The notes: a model not told the origin generated them from the sequence alone. 64,000 bases of DNA from Bacteroidia bacterium (GCA_037968475.1 JBBKVO010000040.1:3126-67125); one strand, 5' to 3'; shown: positions 28,542 through 38,926, counted from the stretch's first letter. Translations and numbers: made by a program.

Positions 28542-30040
28542 AAGTAGCCGTTATAGGTGCAGGTTTGGGAGGGCTAGCCGTAGCCATCCGATTGGCAAAA
28601 GCAGGGCACACGGTTGATATTTACGAAGCAAACCCATACGCAGGGGGCAAAGCCACAGAACATGAATTTGATGGTTTTAGGTTTGATGCAGGCCCATCAC
28701 TGTTTACAATGCCACAATATGTTGAAGACCTTTTTACTCTTTGTGGTGAAGATATACAGGCACATTTCCCCTACCAGCGACTAAACCATATTTGTAATTA
28801 TTATTTTGAAGATGGTACTGAGATAACTGCCCATGCCGATAAGGCCAAGTTTGCTGCCGAAATAGAAAACAAAACTACCGACAAGGCAAGCAATGTGCTT
28901 AAATTCCTTCAAAAATCACAAAAAATATACGCGGTTACAAAAGGTTTGTTTCTTGAGAAATCGCTACACAAAATAAGCACCTATTTTAGTAAAGCAGCTT
29001 TTAAAGGGTATGCCCATTTGCACCAAATTGATGCCTTTACTACTATGGGCAATGTGGTAGATAAATACTTTAAAGACAGTCGCACCCAACGTTTATTTAA
29101 ACGTTATGCTACCTACAATGGCTCTAACCCTTACCAAGCACCAGCCACATTAAATATAATACCCCATTTAGAGTATGGTATTGGTGCATATTTCCCCAAA
29201 AATGGTATACACGGTATTACCCAAGCCCTATTGTATTTGTGTGAGAAAGCAGGCGTAAAAATTCACCTGAACACTAAAGTAGAGAAGATTGTACATGAAG
29301 GGGAAAGCATTAAAGCTATTAGCCTTTTGCCTTTAGCTGTTGGCAATGAAAAACTTAAAACAGAAGACTTAAAACAGGAAACTGATATAGTTGTAAGCAA
29401 CTCAGATGTATACTTTACTTACAAGCATTTATTGGCTGATGTGTCGTTTCCTTCAAAGGTGCTTAATCAACCGCGTTCGTCATCAGCACTACTATTTTAT
29501 TGGGGAATAAATAAGCAATTTCCCAAACTCGATTTGCACAACATACTGTTTAGTGAAGATTACGAAACCGAGTTCGACTATCTTTTCAATAAAAAAGAAG
29601 TGTATGCCGATCCTACGGTGTATATAAACATTACCGGTAAATACAAACCCGATGATGCTCCGCAAGGTTGCGAAAACTGGTTTGTGATGATAAACGCTCC
29701 GCATATAAATGGGCAAAACTGGGATGAATTAATGGCGACAGCCCGATTGAATATTATTGATAAAATAAACCGTGTACTAAAAACGGATATTGAAAAACAC
29801 ATTGTAGCTGAAAAAACACTTGACCCCCGTGGGATTGAAAGTGTAACCCAAAGCTATTTAGGCTCGCTATACGGCACCAGTAGCAACAACCGTATGGCTG
29901 CTTTCTATCGCCATCCAAATTTCTCTAAAAAAATAAAAGGCTTATACTTTGTCGGAGGTAGCGTGCACCCCGGTGGAGGCATACCCCTTGTGCTTTCATC
30001 GGCTAAAATTGTAGCCGATATGGTGGGCAATGCCCGCTAG
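28538..30040 (+). CDS. crtD: Phytoene desaturase family, likely 1-hydroxycarotenoid 3,4-desaturase
   Basis: GAGLGG FAD motif, FDAGPSLFTMP, RYATYNGSNPY, GSLYGTSSN, GGSVHPGGGIPL. Confidence 0.8.
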   Translation: MKVAVIGAGLGGLAVAIRLAKAGHTVDIYEANPYAGGKATEHEFDGFRFDAGPSLFTMPQYVEDLFTLCGEDIQAHFPYQRLNHICNYYFEDGTEITAHADKAKFAAEIENKTTDKASNVLKFLQKSQKIYAVTKGLFLEKSLHKISTYFSKAAFKGYAHLHQIDAFTTMGNVVDKYFKDSRTQRLFKRYATYNGSNPYQAPATLNIIPHLEYGIGAYFPKNGIHGITQALLYLCEKAGVKIHLNTKVEKIVHEGESIKAISLLPLAVGNEKLKTEDLKQETDIVVSNSDVYFTYKHLLADVSFPSKVLNQPRSSSALLFYWGINKQFPKLDLHNILFSEDYETEFDYLFNKKEVYADPTVYINITGKYKPDDAPQGCENWFVMINAPHINGQNWDELMATARLNIIDKINRVLKTDIEKHIVAEKTLDPRGIESVTQSYLGSLYGTSSNNRMAAFYRHPNFSKKIKGLYFVGGSVHPGGGIPLVLSSAKIVADMVGNAR

Positions 30041-30077
30041 ATTTGACAAACTTTAAAAATTTGTCAAATCTAGCGGG
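30033..30077. repeat. 18-bp-arm inverted repeat overlapping the crtD stop (same core as 24195)
   Basis: CCCGCTAGATTTGACAAA-CTTTAAAAA-TTTGTCAAATCTAGCGGG. Confidence 0.92.
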
Positions 30078-30153
30078 AAGGGATAAAATAAACTTCCCAC
30101 CCAACCCTTTTGTAATGGCGTGCGTACTTACAATTAACAACGCATAATCAATT

Positions 30154-32661
30154 ATGAAAAAAATACTATTCACTTTTATTGCAGCAGCCTTAATGGTGTT
30201 GGGTACAAAAGCCCAAACCACCATTATAATAAAAGGCTCAACAAGTAATCCCGTTGCAGGTCAAACTGTTTGGATAAACTATTGGGGGATACCTTCTACT
30301 TGTAATGTTCATGATACCACCACCACCGATTCGGCAGGTAATTTTTTATATACTTTAAATCTTGCCAGTGGCTGCAACTTTGGTTATGTGGTTACCAACA
30401 TCATTGGTTGCCAAAACCAATACGATACACTTGCAGCTTCTTTTACACACGATTCAACCATAAAAAATAACGATACCGCCTATATGAATATGGTGTATTG
30501 CGATAGTTGTAAGTATAAAAAAGCCGCGTTTAGTGTAACCAGTAATGGCACAAGTTTATTGGCATCGTTCACCAATCTATCGACACCCAACTTTAATACG
30601 TTTTTGTGGCGATTTAGTGATGGTACTACATCAACAGCACAAAATCCTACCCACACTTATGGTAGTGTAGGAAATTATACTGTGTGGCTAGTAGCTACTG
30701 ATACGGTATGGGGCTGTGTAGACAGCGTACAGCGGTATGTGTATATTGATACTTGCGGGGGCTTTAACGATAGTTTTGAGCATATTATAAGCGGTTACAC
30801 AGCAAACTTTTTTCCTAATTTAAAAGCATATCCTTTCCAGTATAAACTTACGTGGATTTTTGGCGACGGAACATCTTTAACAAATAACTATCCTTCGGCT
30901 ACACATACATACGGTGCAGCAGGAACCTATACTGTATGCCTTATAACCCAAGATACGGTGAATGGTTGTAGCGATTCGGTATGTAAAACTATAACCACAG
31001 CATCTCAAAATTGTAGTGGTTTCACCGCTAATTTTACACCAACAGCCAGCGGTATGTCGGGTAATTTTACAAGCACATCATCATCAAACGCCAATTTATT
31101 TATTTGGAACTTTGGCGATAGCACCACCACTATCGATACTTCAAAATTTGCCAGCCACATCTATACCACAGCAGGCACATATACAGTATGTTTAATAGCA
31201 CTTGATACCGTATCAAATTGTACCGATACAATATGCAAAACCATTACAGTGGGTAATAATTGCAGCGGGCACAACGCCAATTTCAATTTTTCAGTATCGG
31301 GCACGGGTGTTAATTTCACCAATACATCATCTCGCCCATGGGGCACAACAGCAATATATTTTTGGAGTTTTGGTGATAGTACTATAGATTCTACTTATAA
31401 TAAATCACATACCTATTCAAGCCCTGGTGTATACCAAGTGTGCTTAACTTCATACCTAACCAATGGCTGTATATCAACAATATGTAAAAACGTTACTGTA
31501 TCTGGCGGAACTTGTTTAGGCTTTACTGCCGATTTTAAAACTGCCGATTCTTGCGGTACTGTATTTTTCTTCAGCTCATCATCACTTAATGCCAATATGT
31601 TTAGCTGGACTTTTGGAAATGGGCTATCATCAACAACAGAAAATCCTGTAACCACCTATTCATCATCGGGCACATACACTGCTTGCCTAATAGCAAAAGA
31701 TACCCTGCTGGGCTGTACTGATACTATTTGTCAATCGGTTACATCAACAAGCCAACTTTCAGGTATAATTTATAGAGATAGTGGACAAGTAGCCGATTCG
31801 GGCTGGGTGTACTTAATAGAAATGAGTATAGACAGTATAACGGGCGACACCTCTCTTACTGCGGTAGATTCTACCCTATTCTTTTATGGCGGATATTATA
31901 GCTTTTGGAATATACCCTCAGGCAATTATCTGATAAAAGCAGCACTTGCACCCGGTGCGGCATATTATGGCAACAGGCTGCCTACCTACTACACCCAATC
32001 ATCATTGTGGAGTAGTGCTACATCGGTAAACGTAAATGGGTGCGCATATATCAATATTACCCTGCTATCGGGTACAAACCCAGGAGGATCGGGCTTTATA
32101 GGAGGACTAGTCTCACAAGGAGCGAACAAAGTAGGCGACCCATTGGAAGATGTACACGTTGTATTGTTTACCGCTGACGGAAAAACAGTTGCATGGCAGT
32201 ATACTGATGATAACGGTAACTACAAGTTTGATAATCTTGCCTACGGCGATTATAAAGTAGTAGTGGATGTATTGGGTAAACGTAGCGAAGAGTACTTGGT
32301 AACCCTTAGCGAAGCCCAGCCCAGCAATAGCGATGGCAATTTTGATGTAAATACTACAAGTGTAGTAGTGGTTAAAAAATCAGCCACAGGCATTGCTCCC
32401 ATTGCCACCAAACAATTACAACTTTATCCTAACCCTGCTACACAGCAAGTAAATCTAATGTTTGAGGCAACGGAAGAAGCCATTACAAGCATCAACATAA
32501 TGGATATAAGCGGCAGGCTAGTACAACAACAAAATATACAAACCACTAAAGGTAGCAATACCGCACTGCTTGATGTGAGCAATTTGCAAAGCGGAATGTA
32601 TTTAGTAAACATAAAAGTTGGCGATAGAAACTATATTAGCCGTTTAAGTGTACACAGATAA
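30154..32661 (+). CDS. T9SS-sorted multi-PKD-domain protein (Cys-rich, adhesin-like)
   Basis: Signal peptide, five W.FGD/FSD/FGN...HTY...G.Y.VCL...C...C repeats, SdrD/carboxypeptidase-regulatory-like TDDNGNYKF, CTD LYPNPA...SGMYLV. Confidence 0.88.
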   Translation: MKKILFTFIAAALMVLGTKAQTTIIIKGSTSNPVAGQTVWINYWGIPSTCNVHDTTTTDSAGNFLYTLNLASGCNFGYVVTNIIGCQNQYDTLAASFTHDSTIKNNDTAYMNMVYCDSCKYKKAAFSVTSNGTSLLASFTNLSTPNFNTFLWRFSDGTTSTAQNPTHTYGSVGNYTVWLVATDTVWGCVDSVQRYVYIDTCGGFNDSFEHIISGYTANFFPNLKAYPFQYKLTWIFGDGTSLTNNYPSATHTYGAAGTYTVCLITQDTVNGCSDSVCKTITTASQNCSGFTANFTPTASGMSGNFTSTSSSNANLFIWNFGDSTTTIDTSKFASHIYTTAGTYTVCLIALDTVSNCTDTICKTITVGNNCSGHNANFNFSVSGTGVNFTNTSSRPWGTTAIYFWSFGDSTIDSTYNKSHTYSSPGVYQVCLTSYLTNGCISTICKNVTVSGGTCLGFTADFKTADSCGTVFFFSSSSLNANMFSWTFGNGLSSTTENPVTTYSSSGTYTACLIAKDTLLGCTDTICQSVTSTSQLSGIIYRDSGQVADSGWVYLIEMSIDSITGDTSLTAVDSTLFFYGGYYSFWNIPSGNYLIKAALAPGAAYYGNRLPTYYTQSSLWSSATSVNVNGCAYINITLLSGTNPGGSGFIGGLVSQGANKVGDPLEDVHVVLFTADGKTVAWQYTDDNGNYKFDNLAYGDYKVVVDVLGKRSEEYLVTLSEAQPSNSDGNFDVNTTSVVVVKKSATGIAPIATKQLQLYPNPATQQVNLMFEATEEAITSINIMDISGRLVQQQNIQTTKGSNTALLDVSNLQSGMYLVNIKVGDRNYISRLSVHR

Positions 32662-32680
32662 AAATTGGTATAAATAATCT

Positions 32681-32717
32681 GTGATAAGCAAAGCTCGGTA
32701 AGGGCTTTGCTTATCAC
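32681..32717 (+). terminator. Hairpin between the PKD gene and the ECF sigma gene
   Basis: GTGATAAGCAAAGCTC-GGTAA-GGGCTTTGCTTATCAC followed by TATTTT. Confidence 0.55.
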
Positions 32718-32745
32718 TATTTTAAAATTAGTATGTAAGCCCTTG

Positions 32746-33327
32746 ATGTTCATATCGAAAGAACTTATACAGCAATGTATCGATAATGACAGAAAAGCCC
32801 AATTGGAGCTTTATAAGGCTTGCTATTCCTTCATCATGCGTATCTGCTACCGTTATCATACCTCAAAAGATGATGTATTGGCGGCGCACAACGAAAGCTT
32901 TTTAAAAATCGTATTAAACCTTAAAAGCTATAAAGCGGATGCCCCTTTTGAAGTATGGGCGAGAAGGGTAACTGTAAATACCATTATTGACGGTTACAGA
33001 AAAAATAAAAAGTTAAAAGAAACCATAGAGTATATTGACACAACTTCGCCTGATTATATAGAAGAACCTATTGATGAGGGTAACGAAGTAGAGATGAAAC
33101 TGGAGGCAGACGACCTGTATAAGCTAATATACCAACTGCCACCCATGTGCCAAAAAGTATTTAATCTGTATGTAGTAGATGGATATAACCATAGAGAGAT
33201 AGGCGAATTATTAGGGATTAATGAGGGAACTTCAAAATCGCAATTGTTTGATGCACGTAGAAAACTGCAACAAATGTTAAAAAATTACCACACGCCAAAA
33301 GCAGCAAGTAATGAACCGGCTAAGTAA
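32746..33327 (+). CDS. ECF RNA polymerase sigma-70 factor
   Basis: Region 2 (ESFLKI...FEVWARRVTVNTIID) and region 4 (LP...VFNLYVVDGYNHREIGELLGINEGTSKSQL). Confidence 0.93.
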   Translation: MFISKELIQQCIDNDRKAQLELYKACYSFIMRICYRYHTSKDDVLAAHNESFLKIVLNLKSYKADAPFEVWARRVTVNTIIDGYRKNKKLKETIEYIDTTSPDYIEEPIDEGNEVEMKLEADDLYKLIYQLPPMCQKVFNLYVVDGYNHREIGELLGINEGTSKSQLFDARRKLQQMLKNYHTPKAASNEPAK

Positions 33328-34879
33328 AAACGAAGAACACATAAAAAAGACGCTAAACGAGCAAGAGTTTAGTTTCGAGCCTGCCCATTGGGAAGGAGCC
33401 GAAACCATGCTTGATAGTGTTTTACCTGTTGAACCCAAAAAGAAAAAAAGAAAATTTGGATTTTTTTGGTTGATGTTTACCTTTTTGGTGGCATCAGGCG
33501 GAGTTTTTTGGTGGGTATATTCACACGATTTTTTTACAACCCCTACTTCTCACCAACAGTGGTCAGCCGATACTGCAACTAATCAAGAAACAGAAAACGA
33601 AGGATTTATTACAGCACCTCAAACAGATAACCAATACACACAAGAAGAGTATAACAACAATCAATCTCAGAATACAGCACATGGCAGCTCTGAACAGTAT
33701 AACCCACAAGTAGGAGGGCCTACTACGTTAATGGCCGCCCAATATAGCAGTGCCGAACAAGAGTGGAGTGAACAAACTAAAAGCGAGACTTCGGCAGGTG
33801 CAGCAGGTCAAACAAGTATACCTACACTGGCAGATAAAAACACCAAACAAACTAAAGGAGAAGGCAATCCTAACAATACGCCAATAGCTGAAACAGTACA
33901 GCCTAAAAACAATAACCCTGAGAAGCCTTTGCAAGCTGATAATGGAAACAGAAAAGGTAATGAAGATAACGGTAATAGCACCAATGGAGAGGATAACAAC
34001 AGTGGAGGTAATGATTTAGGTAAAACCACACCACCCCAAGGCAAAGGAGTAGACCAAAACAATAGTACACCGCCTGCAACACCTGATAATACACAAGGGG
34101 GACAACAAGAAAAAGGCACACAAAACAGTACATCACCCAATACTCCTGCACAAGCAAGTACCTCAACCGATACAGGAACTCCTGCTGATGATGCATTGGC
34201 AAAAGACGAGGAGAAAGACGCAGAAAAAGAAAAAAACAAAAAAGGGGATGGTAATAAACAGGTATTGCTGAAAAACAGCATTTCTCCCGTTTTTGGCAGC
34301 AACTATACCCGTTTGCTGCAACCTAGTGGCAACCAATACAACAACCGTTTATACTTTGGGTTGTTATACAACTACTATTTTAATACCCGATGGCAAATGG
34401 CCGCAGGGTTAGGCTATAGTACAGTTGGTGTTAATGGCTTTATTAAACAATATACCCAACAAACCTATTCGTTTGGGATAAATACCCAGCAAACTACTAT
34501 TAGCACGCAAAAACTACACTATATAGAAGCCCCCGTTTTGGTACGATATGCTTTGGGGCAAAATATTAGCTTTGTAGGTGGAGCAAATATTAACTATTTG
34601 ATTAATACCGATAATAGCCTAAGCCAATACAGTTTTGCCAGCCTTAGTGGAGAAACAAACTCAAGTAGTTCAGCTACTGCATATATGCGCGGTTTAAACC
34701 GTTGGGATGTGCAACTGCAATTAGGTATTGAAGCCAATTTTTGGCAACGTATGCACCTAGGGCTTTTAGCTAATAGCGGGCTTATGGATGTGGGTATAAA
34801 TAATTATTACAACAATACTGTTTTAGACCGCAACAGGCGATTACAGTTATATATTAGGTATGATATTTTTAGGTTTTAA
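33311..34879 (+). CDS. Putative dual-membrane-spanning anti-sigma factor (N-terminal cytoplasmic domain, TM, disordered linker, C-terminal beta-barrel)
   Basis: Overlaps the ECF stop. AHWEGAETMLD, KKKKRK plus TM, roughly 250 aa N/G/T/Q/P-rich linker, PorT-like barrel LHYIEAPVLVRY...YIRYDIFRF. Confidence 0.72.
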   Translation: MNRLSKNEEHIKKTLNEQEFSFEPAHWEGAETMLDSVLPVEPKKKKRKFGFFWLMFTFLVASGGVFWWVYSHDFFTTPTSHQQWSADTATNQETENEGFITAPQTDNQYTQEEYNNNQSQNTAHGSSEQYNPQVGGPTTLMAAQYSSAEQEWSEQTKSETSAGAAGQTSIPTLADKNTKQTKGEGNPNNTPIAETVQPKNNNPEKPLQADNGNRKGNEDNGNSTNGEDNNSGGNDLGKTTPPQGKGVDQNNSTPPATPDNTQGGQQEKGTQNSTSPNTPAQASTSTDTGTPADDALAKDEEKDAEKEKNKKGDGNKQVLLKNSISPVFGSNYTRLLQPSGNQYNNRLYFGLLYNYYFNTRWQMAAGLGYSTVGVNGFIKQYTQQTYSFGINTQQTTISTQKLHYIEAPVLVRYALGQNISFVGGANINYLINTDNSLSQYSFASLSGETNSSSSATAYMRGLNRWDVQLQLGIEANFWQRMHLGLLANSGLMDVGINNYYNNTVLDRNRRLQLYIRYDIFRF

Positions 34880-36020
34880 AAAATATAGTATTGTAGCCGC
34901 GCTGCTGGCTACAAGTCTTTTGTTTGTAGCCAACTGCAAGCCAAAAGATGAGCCTTTTGACGAAGGCAAGGGCTCGCCTGTGTTTTTTATTAGCGGAGGT
35001 ATAGACGGAAAACCAACACAGTACATAGCTGGTGTAGATAGCTACTATATGTACTCGCGATACAGGTACTCGGCAGCCGATAGTTTATATTGGTTTGAGG
35101 CTGAACTTAAAAAAACAAATTGTACTACTTGCCCCAAAAGTATACTAATAAGCATTGCTGATGCCGAAGTTTCGGGTGGTACAAGCCCGGTAAATATTAA
35201 CAAAATAGTTCAGCCCGATTCATTTATATATCTTTCTCCTTCGGGCGGTACAACCATTACACACAGCTACAAATTGGATTTTATTGCTGAAGATACAGGC
35301 TATAAAAACCCTTCATACGTATGGGATTTTGGTGGCGCAGGCACATCAACACTAAAAAACCCCTCCTTTACTTTTACCGATTCACAAATACGTAATGTAT
35401 GCCTCACTATTACCGATTTAACTTCGTCGTGCAAAAACACAGCATGCAATATTATTCAGCCTCAAGTAGCAAGTTCTGATACTTGCTCACCAAGGTTTAG
35501 CTATGTAACATTGGGTGATACAGCCGTGCAGTTTATCAATCAATCAACGGGAGGAAGTTATCTTTGGGATTTTGGTGATGGGCTCTTCTCAAATCAACAG
35601 TCTCCCCTAAAAAAATATAGTAAAAAAGACACCTATAAAGTTTGCCTTACTGTAAGCACATCAACTTGTACACAAACAATTTGTAAATCAGTAGTACTTG
35701 CCGATGCTAGTTTTACCTGCGGGGCAAGTTTTTACGTTGGGGGTGCTAAGGCTGATAGTGTAGTAACTAATACCTCCCAAACATCATCAATAATGGTTAG
35801 CTATATTGATGAAAACGGTGTGTTATACCAAAGTAATCTGCAAAATCAGCCTGTGGGCTCAAATTTTATTAAAGTATCTACTCGAAATTACACCCCTAAC
35901 GAAAAGGGAGAGAAAACCCAGTTGCTAAATGTAACCTTCAAGTGCAGGGTATATAGCAGCGGAGGTGCTTTTAAAGATATAGTAGTTACCAATGGGATAA
36001 TAGCTGTAGCCTACCCATAG
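34860..36020 (+). CDS. PKD-domain lipoprotein
   Basis: Leader ending FVAN-C-KPKDE, two WDFG PKD repeats, overlaps the upstream gene. Confidence 0.75.
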   Translation: MIFLGFKKYSIVAALLATSLLFVANCKPKDEPFDEGKGSPVFFISGGIDGKPTQYIAGVDSYYMYSRYRYSAADSLYWFEAELKKTNCTTCPKSILISIADAEVSGGTSPVNINKIVQPDSFIYLSPSGGTTITHSYKLDFIAEDTGYKNPSYVWDFGGAGTSTLKNPSFTFTDSQIRNVCLTITDLTSSCKNTACNIIQPQVASSDTCSPRFSYVTLGDTAVQFINQSTGGSYLWDFGDGLFSNQQSPLKKYSKKDTYKVCLTVSTSTCTQTICKSVVLADASFTCGASFYVGGAKADSVVTNTSQTSSIMVSYIDENGVLYQSNLQNQPVGSNFIKVSTRNYTPNEKGEKTQLLNVTFKCRVYSSGGAFKDIVVTNGIIAVAYP

Positions 36021-36032
36021 GAAAAGTTTTTT

Positions 36033-37172
36033 TTAATTCCCTTTTCTGATGATTTTTAGCTTTTGATTAGGGTAAATGGTATAACCTTTAATATTATTCC
36101 ATTTACGTAAGTCGTCCACCTTCACGCCATATTTTTGGGCTATTATACCCAAGCCTTGCCCCCTTACTACAGTGTGTATAACAATAGTGCCTTCGCCCGT
36201 TTGCACATCATCACCTTTGGGTTTGGGTAGGTTTTTATCGGCCAACTCGGGTACCTCATCAATATAGGGGTTACTGTTATAAGGCTCAAACTTCAAATTA
36301 TCAATATCAGCATACCAAGGCCTGCTGCTTTTGGGCAGTTTTAGTATATAGTTTTGTACAGAGTAGGGAACTATGCCTTTTTTAAATATCGGGTTTAGGC
36401 TTTGCAAAGTAGCCACCGTTGTGTGCAGCGCAGGCGCAAGTACCTCAAACGACATCCACTTAGTTATCCTCACTGTATCGTAGCTAATAGCATTGTAGGG
36501 TTTGGGGGTTATGCCGTGTTCGCCACTATAATTGTATATGTACATAGCACCTATAAAGGCAGGTACAATATTTTGTGCTACGGTGGGTAAACTATCGTAC
36601 ATCACCCAATAATCAAACGTATTGCCGCTTTTGCGTATAAATTTGTTTATAGTAAGGGTATTGGTGGTAAAAGCAGCCATAACCATAGGCCAGCTATTGT
36701 ATATTAAATGAAGTTCTTTTAAGTATTTGCCTGCTAATAGCGTAGTGCTCTCAAAATCCATACGTTCATCAACGTAAGTATTCATTTTTAGGCCATACAT
36801 ACGTGCCACCCTAAATTGCAATGCCCAAGGGCCACAATTACCGCTTTCGTCATCTTTATAAAAAAAATCGATACCCGAAGCCGCAAGTGCATATAAACCT
36901 ACCTGAGTAGGTATGTTATAGCTACGCATCACCGAGTCTAAAAAAGGTTTGTAGTATTGGTACCTGCCCAGTGCCTCGGCGGTAGCTTTCGGATCGCTTA
37001 AATACTCGGCAATAATTTCGCTAACAAAAGGGTGATAGCCCATGTTTAAACTATCAACTTTTTTTAGTCTCTTAGCATACAGCGAGTCGTTATTGATTGC
37101 AAACGCTGTTTGCACAACACAAAAAAGAAGAAGTAGGGTAAAAAATGTATTTCTGTAAAACCTCATTAGCAT
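36033..37172 (-). CDS. MltD-like SLT + LysM protein, catalytic motifs degenerate
   Basis: YGLKMNTYVDERMD, YLKELH, LQSLNP, C-terminal LysM HTVVRGQGL..IA.KYGV...WN. Lacks the ES and WQF motifs. Confidence 0.8.
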   Translation of the reverse strand: MLMRFYRNTFFTLLLLFCVVQTAFAINNDSLYAKRLKKVDSLNMGYHPFVSEIIAEYLSDPKATAEALGRYQYYKPFLDSVMRSYNIPTQVGLYALAASGIDFFYKDDESGNCGPWALQFRVARMYGLKMNTYVDERMDFESTTLLAGKYLKELHLIYNSWPMVMAAFTTNTLTINKFIRKSGNTFDYWVMYDSLPTVAQNIVPAFIGAMYIYNYSGEHGITPKPYNAISYDTVRITKWMSFEVLAPALHTTVATLQSLNPIFKKGIVPYSVQNYILKLPKSSRPWYADIDNLKFEPYNSNPYIDEVPELADKNLPKPKGDDVQTGEGTIVIHTVVRGQGLGIIAQKYGVKVDDLRKWNNIKGYTIYPNQKLKIIRKGN

Positions 37173-37233
37173 ATCTATTGCAGAATTAATACCTAAACGC
37201 CAAATAAGGTAAAATATTTGCCCACAAAAATTT

Positions 37234-38649
37234 TTATAGGGTATCAGCAAATGCCAATAATTGGGCATCGGCATTTTTGGCTGCCATTAATTGCACTCCC
37301 CAAGGCATTCCATCAGTATCAACACCTGCGGGTATTGATATGGCGGGTATACCTGCCAATGGAGCTTGCACAGTAAAAATATCGGCAAGATACATGGCCA
37401 CTGGGTCGGCGGCTTTGTCGCCTATTTTAAACGCAGGGGTAGGAGTTGTGGGTGAAAGTATAAAATCGTAGTTGCTTAAAATCTCATTGGTTTTTTGTTG
37501 CACCACCCTACGCACTTTTTGTGCTTTGGTATAGTAGGCATCGTAGTAACCTGATGACAGTACAAACGTACCCAGCATTATACGGCGTTGTACTTCTTTG
37601 CCAAAACCTTCGGCTCTCGATTTTTTAAAGGTGCTTTCCAAATCGGTAGCATTTGGGCTGCGGTAGCCATATTGCAAACCTTGGTAGCGCGATAGGTTGC
37701 TGCTTGCCTCGGCCGTAGTTAGTACATAGTAACAAGGCACCATGTGGTCTATCAATGGAAAATCAACAGCATCAACCGTATGTCCTTCGGCTTTTAGTTT
37801 TTCTATCAAAGCCAAAGTACCGTTTTTTATATCGGGGCTTACGCCTTCGGCAAAAATGGTTTCGTTTATGTAGGCAATACGTTTTTTGCCCGTATCAGTA
37901 GCAATGTTAAAATTTGGGGCAGAGTGCTGCATCATTGTAGCATCATTTTCATCAGGCCCTGCAATTACATTCATTATAGCCTGCATATCGGCTATAGTAT
38001 TGGTAAAAGGGCTTATTTGATCAAAAGATGATGCGTAGGCCAACAACCCCCAGCGCGATACCATGCCGTAGGTGGGCTTGTAGCCATATAAACCAGTAAA
38101 TGCTGCGGGTTGGCGAACCGAACCACCCGTATCGCTACCCAAAGCAGCCAAGCACATATCGGCTTGCACGGCAACTGCCGAGCCTCCTGATGAACCGCCT
38201 GAAACTCGGGTATTGTCTACATCGTTTAATACAGTTCCGTAAGCACTGTTTTCGTTACTGGCACCCATAGCAAACTCATCGCAATTGGTGCGACCAATAA
38301 GTATACAGTCTTGCGCCAATAAACGTTCGGTAACGGTTGATGAATATAGCGAGATAAAGCCTTCAAGTATTTTACTGCTAGCACTTACTTTGTGCCCTTT
38401 GTAGCAAATATTGTCTTTTAGGGCTATTACCATGCCCGCTAGTGCACCTGCTGTACCGTTTTTTATTTTTTCGTCAATTAAGGCAGCACGCTCAAGGGCT
38501 TCATCACCCCATACTTCTAAAAAAGCATTAAGGTGTTTTTTCTCCTCTATCTTGCCTAGGTAATAGCGCACAACATCAACACAGGTAGTATTACCTGCAT
38601 TTATTTCAGCACGTACCTGTGCCAACGATTGAAATTTCTTCAAAGCCAC
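37234..38649 (-). CDS. gatA: Asp/Glu-tRNA amidotransferase subunit A
   Basis: KDNI, TNCDEFAMG, GGSSGGSA, LGSDTGGSVRQPAA, EVQRRIMLG, MYLADIFTV. Confidence 0.96.
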   Translation of the reverse strand: MALKKFQSLAQVRAEINAGNTTCVDVVRYYLGKIEEKKHLNAFLEVWGDEALERAALIDEKIKNGTAGALAGMVIALKDNICYKGHKVSASSKILEGFISLYSSTVTERLLAQDCILIGRTNCDEFAMGASNENSAYGTVLNDVDNTRVSGGSSGGSAVAVQADMCLAALGSDTGGSVRQPAAFTGLYGYKPTYGMVSRWGLLAYASSFDQISPFTNTIADMQAIMNVIAGPDENDATMMQHSAPNFNIATDTGKKRIAYINETIFAEGVSPDIKNGTLALIEKLKAEGHTVDAVDFPLIDHMVPCYYVLTTAEASSNLSRYQGLQYGYRSPNATDLESTFKKSRAEGFGKEVQRRIMLGTFVLSSGYYDAYYTKAQKVRRVVQQKTNEILSNYDFILSPTTPTPAFKIGDKAADPVAMYLADIFTVQAPLAGIPAISIPAGVDTDGMPWGVQLMAAKNADAQLLAFADTL

Positions 38650-38678
38650 TGTGTTAGAAAATGCCCCTTTCGATTGGG

Positions 38679-38909
38679 TTATTTGGTTTCTTTTTCCTTT
38701 TCTTTCTCTACAGGTGGTGGTGTTTTCATACCTTCCTGTATTTCATCCTTCACTTTGCTTTTAGCGTCGTTAAACTCGCGGATACCGCTGCCTAAACCAC
38801 GCATAAGTTCAGGTATTTTTTTGCCGCCAAACAGTAAAAGGGCAATAACCAAAATTAAGATCCATTCAGACCCTCCGGGCATACCGAATAAAAGAATACT
38901 TAGTGTCAT
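38679..38909 (-). CDS. tatA: Twin-arginine translocase TatA/E
   Basis: [35 protein letters not shown]. Confidence 0.95.
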   Translation of the reverse strand: MTLSILLFGMPGGSEWILILVIALLLFGGKKIPELMRGLGSGIREFNDAKSKVKDEIQEGMKTPPPVEKEKEKETK

Positions 38910-38926
38910 TTCTTTAATATAGACTG

